DNA of 32,000 nt from Coprobacillaceae bacterium (GTDB lineage Bacteria > Bacillota_I > Bacilli_A > Erysipelotrichales > Coprobacillaceae): the NCBI GenBank assembly GCA_963675515.1, contig OY776328.1, forward strand, positions 2,250,001-2,282,000, in the 5' to 3' direction. Positions 17,119 through 24,565 of this stretch are shown here, piece by piece; positions within the stretch are counted from its first letter, which is position 1; the number at the start of each line of letters is the position of its first letter. The notes under the pieces are model-generated. The model was not told the origin of the DNA and did not search any database. It saw only the letters and a program-made list of their open reading frames with translations. The translations under genes and the position numbers were made by a program.

Positions 17119-18477
17119 CTAAAATTCCACTTTTTTGCTTGTCATACCTCGAACTAGCGCCAGAGCCACAGTCAACAGGATGATTCCGATAAAGAAATAG
17201 AAAACTTTATGGATTGGCTGGAGCGGCGACATGATGATGGCCGGATAGAGGTGATAAGTGTCGAAGACAGTACCGTAGAACAGCCCGCCGACAAATCCGC
17301 ATCCTCCCAAAGTCAACAAAGCGCGACCGATATTTGTGGTCCGATGGCCAAACAGGACTCCCACAACCATGATCAGGGCACCCCAGCCAAGGTCTCCTAG
17401 GAAAAGGGCCGCAAGCAATGAGTAGCCGATTGCCAAAAACAAAGTCACGTCAATTTTATCTTTGTGTCTTGGTTTCAGGATACCCTCAAAAGACTTCACG
17501 AAGAAGTTGTTGTGGATGATTACCGGCGGTTCGATACCCCGGGAATTGTAAATGTTTTTAGGTAATTGAAGAATTCTGACTCCTTCAATCCCTTTGAAAA
17601 TACCTTCAACTTCGAGAATCGACAATGTCGAGAACGCATAAATGGCGTTCTTGTTCGAATAATCCACCACATAGCGGGCCTGGTCGAACAATAATTTCAA
17701 GTTGTAGATCTTGGTAAAGGCGCTTAGCACCTGACTTGAATATTCCTGCGAGATCACATCGATCCGTTCGTTGATGTGGCTGATGTAGTTTTTCATCGCC
17801 TCGCATTCTGTCTTCAGTTCGCTCACCGCGCTGTCCAAGGTACCATGGGCGAAATCCGGAAGGTTTACCACCTCGAAGGAAACCGAATCGAAAATGTTGT
17901 CGATTTCCGCGATATCTTTGGTCAAGCCGGTGTAAATACCCCATACATAATCCTTGTTTTGCGAATACTCCTTGAAAATAAACGGATATTCATTGTAGTA
18001 TTTCAATTTTTCATATTCACTTGCAGGAATTCGGCCAAAGCGACATTTGATAAACTGAGTTGCTTCGATTTCATCCAAGTTGATGTTTTGATTAGAAATT
18101 TCATTCAGGATCTGAATTGCGCTGAAGTTTTCCTCGCGGACAGCGACAATCTCGTCGCGGATCTTGACTGCCAGGTCCAGTTTTTCACTGACCTCGTCAA
18201 TCAGGTTGTTTGCGAACGTAATGCTTAGCTGTTCGCCATGATATTCTTCAGTCACCTTTTCAAGACCCAGGTTGTCAAGCAAATGATACATCTTTTCCAA
18301 TGTATCATTGTAAGGATTTTCGTGATCCATCACGGTAACCCCTTTTACGTTGTTTGCCAACAGTTTGGAATCAAGAGGAAACATCTTGTCCTCGTTTTTC
18401 TTAATCAAAATCAAAACTTGCATCAAATCAGAAGAATTAAAGGTCACATTATATAAGTGCGTTGGTACTATTGCCAT
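17119..18477 (-). CDS. Subunit-I-like paralog lacking the C-terminal proton-channel half
   Basis: The 452-aa protein aligns by eye with the neighbouring subunit I. Example: RFGRIPASEYEKLKYYNEYPFIF...DYVWGIYTG...EIDNIFDSVSFEVVNLPDFAHG versus RFGKLPTKNMSKLRYYDGLPFFI...EYTWCMYVT...EIDNVFSSLLFERVHIPSFAHG. Only about 3-4 C-terminal TM helices are present. The LRVGG...SH Arg motif is absent. Confidence 0.65.
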   Translation of the reverse strand: MAIVPTHLYNVTFNSSDLMQVLILIKKNEDKMFPLDSKLLANNVKGVTVMDHENPYNDTLEKMYHLLDNLGLEKVTEEYHGEQLSITFANNLIDEVSEKLDLAVKIRDEIVAVREENFSAIQILNEISNQNINLDEIEATQFIKCRFGRIPASEYEKLKYYNEYPFIFKEYSQNKDYVWGIYTGLTKDIAEIDNIFDSVSFEVVNLPDFAHGTLDSAVSELKTECEAMKNYISHINERIDVISQEYSSQVLSAFTKIYNLKLLFDQARYVVDYSNKNAIYAFSTLSILEVEGIFKGIEGVRILQLPKNIYNSRGIEPPVIIHNNFFVKSFEGILKPRHKDKIDVTLFLAIGYSLLAALFLGDLGWGALIMVVGVLFGHRTTNIGRALLTLGGCGFVGGLFYGTVFDTYHLYPAIIMSPLQPIHKVFYFFIGIILLTVALALVRGMTSKKVEF

Positions 18478-18486
18478 GACTTTCTC

Positions 18487-19515
18487 CTAACTATATATTA
18501 ATAACGATTCGATACTTGCCCCATCGCGGCCGTAGCGGATGCCTTCGATGATGTGGATCAGGTTGTTGATCTCTATTTTGGCAAGCATTGTGTATGCCAG
18601 ATAGGCCACAGCATCATCACTGGTCAGATACAGGAAATGACGGCACATGTGATATCGAACAAAAGCTACCGACTCTTCGATTGAAGTATCGGGTGCTATA
18701 TGCGAAACGTCACCATAACGGATTCGCTCTTTTATCATCGAGTACAATGTATCGATGTTTTTTGCTTCCAGAAGCTCTTGATAACTCTCTTTGGAAATCC
18801 GGGAATATTTCAAAAACAGCGACTGCATGATCACTTCATTCGCTTCATCCGGGAAATACGTCTTGTAACGTACAATCTTCGCGAGATTGCGAAGGTCGAT
18901 TGACATCGACAAAATGGCGAGAAGATCAGATTTGGTCTTGTTTGAGAAGTTGTTTTTGACCGCCTTGAAATACGTCCGGTAATAGAACTCCATAAACTCC
19001 TTGTTCAACTTGTTGAAGTTGATTGGCATATCGAAATCGATGCCATCAATCAGGAAAGAATATTTGGTGTTCTTTAAAAATGCTACTAGTTCTTTATGAG
19101 TATCCACATTAATTAAACCGTGCAGATCGAAACTCGCATGATCCACAACATATTGCGACACATTCAACGAAAATGCCTCAGGCATTGCTGTGATGGTGGC
19201 AATTTTTTCAAGGATTACATTAATCTCGATACCCATAATTTCCATGTAGTAAAACTGTTTTTTCTCTTTCGGTGCAAAACGAAGCAGCCCGGCACAGCGG
19301 CGGTAATATTCCTGATTTAGAATCGATTCTACTTCATGGCGGCGGATAAGCCTTGGATTGGCATCCTGGAACGCCTCACTGTAAGAAGATTTCTGTTTCA
19401 GATAAGTTACGACATCACCGATTGACTGTTTGCGCGCCAATTCCATATATGCATCTTGAAGAATCCGATTTCCATACCGTGCCTTGGCTTTGGTACTTAA
19501 TACATTAGATGACAT
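18487..19515 (-). CDS. ntpC: V/A-type ATP synthase subunit C (eukaryotic d-type)
   Basis: 342 aa, all-helical. The N-terminal pattern KAKARYGNRILQDAYMELARKQSIGDVVTYL, the size and the operon context fit subunit C. Confidence 0.65.
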   Translation of the reverse strand: MSSNVLSTKAKARYGNRILQDAYMELARKQSIGDVVTYLKQKSSYSEAFQDANPRLIRRHEVESILNQEYYRRCAGLLRFAPKEKKQFYYMEIMGIEINVILEKIATITAMPEAFSLNVSQYVVDHASFDLHGLINVDTHKELVAFLKNTKYSFLIDGIDFDMPINFNKLNKEFMEFYYRTYFKAVKNNFSNKTKSDLLAILSMSIDLRNLAKIVRYKTYFPDEANEVIMQSLFLKYSRISKESYQELLEAKNIDTLYSMIKERIRYGDVSHIAPDTSIEESVAFVRYHMCRHFLYLTSDDAVAYLAYTMLAKIEINNLIHIIEGIRYGRDGASIESLLIYS

Positions 19516-19527
19516 ACAGCTCTCCTT

Positions 19528-19836
19528 CTAGGATATACAACGTTCTACCAGTTCGTCTATCCAAGCATCCTTGTTTTGATTGAACTTAAGTTCCAATTCA
19601 TTTTTGGAACTGTCGTAATCTTTTGTCTTGGCAGAAGTCTGCGCTAAAAGATTGCTTTGTAATTCAATTTTTTGCTTTTCAAGTTCTGCAGCTTTTTCAG
19701 CCCATAATTTTTCATAAAGTTCTTTTCTGCATGTCTGCATGTCATCAGTAGCATGAAACTTCTGATTTTTTGCCTGCTCGACACGATTAGCACATTCATG
19801 ATCAATCCGGACCAATTCTTGAATGATATTATCCAT
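19528..19836 (-). CDS. Small coiled-coil protein, probable V/A-ATPase peripheral-stalk subunit (G/H-like)
   Basis: 102 aa, charged and helical (ELYEKLWAEKAAELEKQKIELQSNLLAQ). It is the first gene of the operon, and G-like subunits commonly sit there. The call rests on context and composition only. Confidence 0.4.
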   Translation of the reverse strand: MDNIIQELVRIDHECANRVEQAKNQKFHATDDMQTCRKELYEKLWAEKAAELEKQKIELQSNLLAQTSAKTKDYDSSKNELELKFNQNKDAWIDELVERCIS

Positions 19837-19859
19837 TTTTAACCCTCCTTCAACCGTTT

Positions 19860-19887
19860 ATTATACTCCTTTGTAAGCACGTTTCAA
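19860..19887 (-). promoter_or_regulatory. Promoter of the V/A-ATPase operon
   Basis: On the minus strand, TTGAAA (19882-19887), a 16-nt spacer, then TATAAT (19860-19865), about 24 nt upstream of the first ATG. GGAGGG RBS is present. Confidence 0.55.
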
Positions 19888-19964
19888 ATGATATTTCCGT
19901 TTTTTTACATATTTTTTTTGTAAGCGTAACCATGTTTCTCGGACTTTCATAAGTGTGAATTTAA

Positions 19965-19973
19965 TGTTATAAT
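19965..19973 (+). promoter_or_regulatory. Extended -10 promoter element of the M24 peptidase gene
   Basis: TGTTATAAT sits 23 nt upstream of the ATG at 19996. AAGGAG RBS at 19981-19986. Confidence 0.45.
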
Positions 19974-19995
19974 CTAGACCAAGGAGAACACGTCC

Positions 19996-21753
19996 ATGAA
20001 AGAAAATAAACTAAAAACCATCAAGAAATTGATGTTGGAAAACAAAATTGATTACTATATTGTGCCCACCAGTGACTTCCATTCAAGCGAAATCGCAGGG
20101 GCTTATTTCCAGGGTCGCAGGTACCTGTCGGGGTTCACCGGATCAGCCGGGACACTGCTTATAGGGCTTGAAAAAACATATCTCTATGTCGACGGCCGCT
20201 ATTTCATCCAGGCCGATCAGCAGGTCGACTTGAACGAGATAACGGTGATGAAAATCGGTCAACCCGAATGTGTCGATTTGATCGACATCCTAAAACAGGA
20301 CCCGACCAAAACTGTCGGCTTCGATGGCCGCTGCGTATCAAGAAAATTCGTCTCATCAATATCCAATCCGATTGTCAGCGATATCGATCTGGTCGATCAA
20401 GTATGGATTGACCGTCCCGAGCTATCAAAGGAGCCAATCTATGATTACCCGATTGAATATTGCGGCCAATCGCGCAAGGATAAACTGACAAAAATCCGCG
20501 AGCTTATGAAAGCCGACAGCCATGTCCTGACCACATTGGACGATATCGCTTACCTCTTCAATCTGCGGGGCAACGACATCGAACACACACCGGTATTCTA
20601 CAGCTACGCCCTGATCGATAAGAATCAGGCAATCCTGTACGTGCATGAAAATGCCCTGGACCAAAAGCTTAAGGCACAACTTGAAAACGACGGGATCACC
20701 ATCAGGGATTATTTTGCCATCTACGATGATGCCAAAAACCTGAGCGGTTCCATCCAGCTCGACGGCAATGTGGTCAACCACCAGATTGTTTCAAGCATCA
20801 AGGGGACAATTGTCGATTGTCCCAATCCCAGCCAGCTTCTAAAGGCGATCAAGAATGAAACCGAAATCGCCAACACCAGGGTCGCCCACATCAAGGATGG
20901 CCTGGCTATGACCAAGTTCATGCATTATCTCAAGTCCAATATCTCCAAAGTGGAACTCGACGAGCTAAGCGTCGATGCCATCCTCACCAAGTACCGCTTT
21001 GAACAGCCTGATTTCAAGCAGCTTTCGTTTGCGACAATATGCGCCTACGAACAAAACGGGGCCTTGATGCACTACAGCGCCACACCAGAAAACCACGCCA
21101 CACTCGAGCCTAGAGGACTGCTGCTTATCGACAGTGGCGGGCAATATCTCCAAGGCACCATCGACACTACCAGGACATTCGTGCTAGGACCCATCAGCGA
21201 GCTCCAAAAGCACCATTTCACCCTTGTCTTCAAAGCGATGAACAACCTCCAGCAGGCCAACTTCCTTTATGGCAAGACCGGAGTGGGTCTCGACATCCTC
21301 GCCAGAGGGGTGATCCAGCAAGAAAACCTCGACTACCAGTGTGGCACCGGACATGGGGTGGGCCACTACCTTTCCGTCCACGAAGGTCCCCACGGATTGC
21401 GGCCCTTCAAGCGCGAAAACGACCCGGATTCAATCTTTGAGCCGGGGATGATTGTCACCGACGAGCCGGGAATCTACCTGGCCGGGGAATACGGTATCCG
21501 GATTGAAAACGAACTCCTCGTCACCAAAGGAGAGAAGAACTTCTACGGCCAGTTCCTTCATTTCGAAACGTTGACGATGGTCCCCATCGACCTAGACGGA
21601 ATTGATTTTTCAATGCTTTCAAAAAATGAGCTGACCCAGCTTTACGATTACCATCTGCTTGTATTCAAGAATATCGAATACGGTCTCGACATTACCCAGA
21701 AAGCCTGGTATCAGGATACCCTGATTGCCCCTTTGCAGGAGATTTTGGAATAA
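19996..21753 (+). CDS. Aminopeptidase P-family (Xaa-Pro aminopeptidase, M24B) protein with creatinase/prolidase-like N-terminal domains
   Basis: 585 aa. The C-terminal pita-bread fold motifs are LIDSGGQY, TRT, GTGHGVGHYLSVHEGP, DEPGIY and IRIENE. Confidence 0.85.
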   Translation: MKENKLKTIKKLMLENKIDYYIVPTSDFHSSEIAGAYFQGRRYLSGFTGSAGTLLIGLEKTYLYVDGRYFIQADQQVDLNEITVMKIGQPECVDLIDILKQDPTKTVGFDGRCVSRKFVSSISNPIVSDIDLVDQVWIDRPELSKEPIYDYPIEYCGQSRKDKLTKIRELMKADSHVLTTLDDIAYLFNLRGNDIEHTPVFYSYALIDKNQAILYVHENALDQKLKAQLENDGITIRDYFAIYDDAKNLSGSIQLDGNVVNHQIVSSIKGTIVDCPNPSQLLKAIKNETEIANTRVAHIKDGLAMTKFMHYLKSNISKVELDELSVDAILTKYRFEQPDFKQLSFATICAYEQNGALMHYSATPENHATLEPRGLLLIDSGGQYLQGTIDTTRTFVLGPISELQKHHFTLVFKAMNNLQQANFLYGKTGVGLDILARGVIQQENLDYQCGTGHGVGHYLSVHEGPHGLRPFKRENDPDSIFEPGMIVTDEPGIYLAGEYGIRIENELLVTKGEKNFYGQFLHFETLTMVPIDLDGIDFSMLSKNELTQLYDYHLLVFKNIEYGLDITQKAWYQDTLIAPLQEILE

Positions 21754-21754
21754 T

Positions 21755-21788
21755 AAAAAAAACAATGGTTTTTTGCCATTGTTTTTAT
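21755..21788. terminator. Bidirectional terminator between the convergent M24 peptidase and ATP-cone genes
   Basis: AAAAAACAATGG-ttttttg-CCATTGTTTTT with A and T runs on both sides. The minus-strand gene's stop codon (21785-21787) lies in the T tract. Confidence 0.65.
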
Positions 21789-22888
21789 TTGCTTTCGATA
21801 TCAATTTTATCATCAAGACCTTCCAGGAAATACGGCGAATGTTGTAATTCCTTTCCTTTGGCATTGATCAGGTCAAGCTGGTTGACGGTTATGTTATAAG
21901 CCAGGTATTGCCGGTAATCCCCCAACATCCTGACACTGTCATCGAACAGCTGGCGGGTTGCCTTGTTTAAAAAATCCTTAAGGCGGTTTTCCAGGCCATC
22001 CAGGTCAATTCCAAGATCAAAGCTGTTTAGTTCCAGCAGTTCGACATCAATCCCGATATTGTAGACGACATTGGCGTTGGAAACATCATCCACAAAAGCG
22101 ATATTGTTCCGGCCAAGCATCCTGCAGGCATGATCATCAAGACCGCCTCTTTCAATCTCCAGCCGGTTTTCAAGAAACATTTCGAGACTGTCAAGAACCA
22201 GACCCATCTTTTTGGCCACCTTGGGATCATCCACTAGCGAAACCATGAAACTGTCGAAGTTGCAAAGTTGCAGGGGACCTTGCTGGAACTTGTCAAAAAA
22301 GATGACAACCTGAAGAAATTTATTCAGGCCGACATCGCTGTCGCTTTGTTCGATCTTCTGACAATCGATGACATATTGGTAGATCAGATCATCAAGATAT
22401 GCCATATTGTTGATTGTCAGGATTTTTTGCTCCAAGGCTTTGGATACAAAACAGTCAAAGTGGCTCGACTGGTTGTAGCTTGCCAGGCTGGTCTCACCTA
22501 GAATCCGGGCCCGGGCCTTGGGCGAATTGTAAAAGCTGTTTTTTGGCTGGTATGACTGGAGCTGTTCGAATGAACCGCCTAGAGTCACAGCCATCTTCCG
22601 CTGGTTCGACCTTTTCTCCCGGTAAAGGATGTAGGCCTTGGCAGCCTTGATATAGTTCTTCTCAATCAGCACTTCCTCGACAATATCCTGGACAAATTCC
22701 ACAGTCGGAACTCCGACGTCCATCTCCTCGATTATCTTGACCACCTCGTTGGCGAGCCGCTCTGGGATCTGTTTGTCATACGTCTTTATATTATCACTTG
22801 CCTGAAATGATTTGTCGATCGCAATGGCGATCTTGTCAGGCTCAAAAGGCACCAGCGACCCGTCCCGTTTCAATATCAGCTTAATCAT
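21785..22888 (-). CDS. ATP-cone domain protein with an uncharacterised ~270-aa C-terminal region
   Basis: The N-terminus MIKLILKRDGSLVPFEPDKIAIAIDKSF...KAAKAYILYREKR matches the ATP-cone pattern (KRDG..v.Fd..KI) known from RNRs and NrdR. The rest has no motif I recognise. I set the start at the ATG at 22888 (GGAGGG RBS 6 nt upstream). It overlaps the upstream gene by 8 nt (ATGATTAA). Confidence 0.7.
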   Translation of the reverse strand: MIKLILKRDGSLVPFEPDKIAIAIDKSFQASDNIKTYDKQIPERLANEVVKIIEEMDVGVPTVEFVQDIVEEVLIEKNYIKAAKAYILYREKRSNQRKMAVTLGGSFEQLQSYQPKNSFYNSPKARARILGETSLASYNQSSHFDCFVSKALEQKILTINNMAYLDDLIYQYVIDCQKIEQSDSDVGLNKFLQVVIFFDKFQQGPLQLCNFDSFMVSLVDDPKVAKKMGLVLDSLEMFLENRLEIERGGLDDHACRMLGRNNIAFVDDVSNANVVYNIGIDVELLELNSFDLGIDLDGLENRLKDFLNKATRQLFDDSVRMLGDYRQYLAYNITVNQLDLINAKGKELQHSPYFLEGLDDKIDIESK

Positions 22889-24530
22889 CGATATCCCTCC
22901 AATTTCCACAAATCAATTGTACACGATAATCTTTGAAGATGCCAACGATATAATCATTCCCGACTTTCTCCACCAGGGAGTAGCGGAAAAGCAGTTCCTG
23001 GTCATGGCCCAACTCGACCAGATGATGCAAGACTCGCTTGGCTTCGCTGGTGGCTAGGGTCGGCTCGTAAAAACGTTTTGGCTTGACTTTGGCGTTCAGG
23101 AAGTAATCCATCACCAGCTCCTTGAACAGGTCATGATTTTCACCCTGCATGAATTCCATTATGTAGCTGTAGAGTTCATGAAGCTGATATCCCATCCGTT
23201 TGAATTCATGGTTCCGGTAGTAAACCCCCAGCTTCAAAAAGAAATCGAACATCGACGGGTAGATCTCAAATACCCGATTCATGGTATTTTCAAAGCGGCC
23301 GGAGTTCCAGTATTTTTCCAGCATATCTTCGACCAGGTGGATCTTGGAGATATCATTCTCGCTTAGATAATCCGATTTGGTTATTTCATAGGGAGCGCTT
23401 TGGTCAAATTCATAACCGTATTCCTGGTAGTTTTTTCGCAAACTGGTCCCCCGCAGCAGTTTCAAGAAGCCAAGCTGCAATTCCTTTGGCTTCAAGGCGA
23501 AAACGTCATCGAATGACTTCTTGAACCGGTCGAGCTTTTCCAGGGGCAAACCGGCTATAAGATCGAGATGCAACACGATGTTGTGGGCCTTTTGCAAGGT
23601 GGAAATGACCTGCTCTAACCTGGTAAAATCCTGATATCGTTTGACAACCAGATTTGTCGGCTCATAGGTTGACTGGATTCCGATTTCCAGGCGGACCAGG
23701 TTGGCTGGCACCCGATTGACCAGAAAGTCGAGTAGTCCTTGATCGAGCACGTCACCGTTGATCTCGAACTGGAAAACAACTCCGGAGTCTTTTTTGGAAA
23801 CGATGTATTCCAGGATTGCCAAAGCATGCTCGAATTTGGCATTGAACGAGCGGTCAAGGAACTTGACGGTCTTCACTCCGCTTGATATTATGCCATCAAG
23901 TTCCCTTTTAAGATATTCCAAGGAGAAAAAGCGCAGACCCACTTCCAACGAGGAAAGGCAGTACTGACATTGATAAGGACAGCCCCGGCTTGTTTCGAAA
24001 TACAGGATCCGATTTTTCATTTCGGCCATATCCTTTTCAACCAGATAGGGAGAATCAAGGCTTTCAAGCCAGCTTAGATCGACCAGCCTTGTCTGATTGT
24101 AGTCCTTCCTGTGTCGAGTCGATATCCCCGGGATCTTAACTTCTGCTTCGGTGGCCAGGCAGTCGAGAAGCTGTTTTAGCGCAATCTCCCCTTCGCCTGA
24201 AATCAGGTAGTCGATTGGGAAACTGTCCATGAAATGATCGACATCATAGCTTACTTCCGGTCCCCCGACGATGATGTTTACATCGGGGAAACGATCTTTG
24301 ATCATGGTGACCAGCGCCATGGTCTTTTCAACGTTCCAGATATAGACTGAAAAGACCAGGTTTTTTGGCCGAAGCGCCATCAGGCTTTCCAGAATTTTTT
24401 CACTGTCGTCCTTTATAGTGTATTCCACAAAATCGACATCGTGAAAATCCTTTGATGCCACGTAAAGAAGTCGCAAAGCCAGGGCCTTATGGATGAATTT
24501 TGAGTTTAAAGTAGTAATTATTGTTTTCAT
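22881..24530 (-). CDS. B12-binding-domain-type radical SAM protein with a long helical C-terminal extension (DUF4080-like)
   Basis: 549 aa. The N-terminal Rossmann-like region (VFSVYIWN...IIVGGPE) resembles the cobalamin-binding domain of class B radical SAM enzymes. The radical SAM cluster motif is SRGCPYQCQYC. The ~170-aa C-terminal domain fits my recollection of the DUF4080 family. Confidence 0.8.
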   Translation of the reverse strand: MKTIITTLNSKFIHKALALRLLYVASKDFHDVDFVEYTIKDDSEKILESLMALRPKNLVFSVYIWNVEKTMALVTMIKDRFPDVNIIVGGPEVSYDVDHFMDSFPIDYLISGEGEIALKQLLDCLATEAEVKIPGISTRHRKDYNQTRLVDLSWLESLDSPYLVEKDMAEMKNRILYFETSRGCPYQCQYCLSSLEVGLRFFSLEYLKRELDGIISSGVKTVKFLDRSFNAKFEHALAILEYIVSKKDSGVVFQFEINGDVLDQGLLDFLVNRVPANLVRLEIGIQSTYEPTNLVVKRYQDFTRLEQVISTLQKAHNIVLHLDLIAGLPLEKLDRFKKSFDDVFALKPKELQLGFLKLLRGTSLRKNYQEYGYEFDQSAPYEITKSDYLSENDISKIHLVEDMLEKYWNSGRFENTMNRVFEIYPSMFDFFLKLGVYYRNHEFKRMGYQLHELYSYIMEFMQGENHDLFKELVMDYFLNAKVKPKRFYEPTLATSEAKRVLHHLVELGHDQELLFRYSLVEKVGNDYIVGIFKDYRVQLICGNWRDIDD

Positions 24531-24541
24531 TTTATTCCTTT

Positions 24542-24565
24542 AAAAAAAGCCTGAATAATCAGGCT
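24542..24565 (-). terminator. Rho-independent terminator after the VanY-like gene
   Basis: On the minus strand, AGCCTGA-ttat-TCAGGCT followed by 7 T. It overlaps the VanY-like stop codon and ends about 10 nt before the radical SAM RBS. Confidence 0.65.

Noticed and set aside
17776-18228. 150-aa plus-strand ORF
   Set aside because: It is antisense to the subunit-I-like gene and is a shadow ORF.
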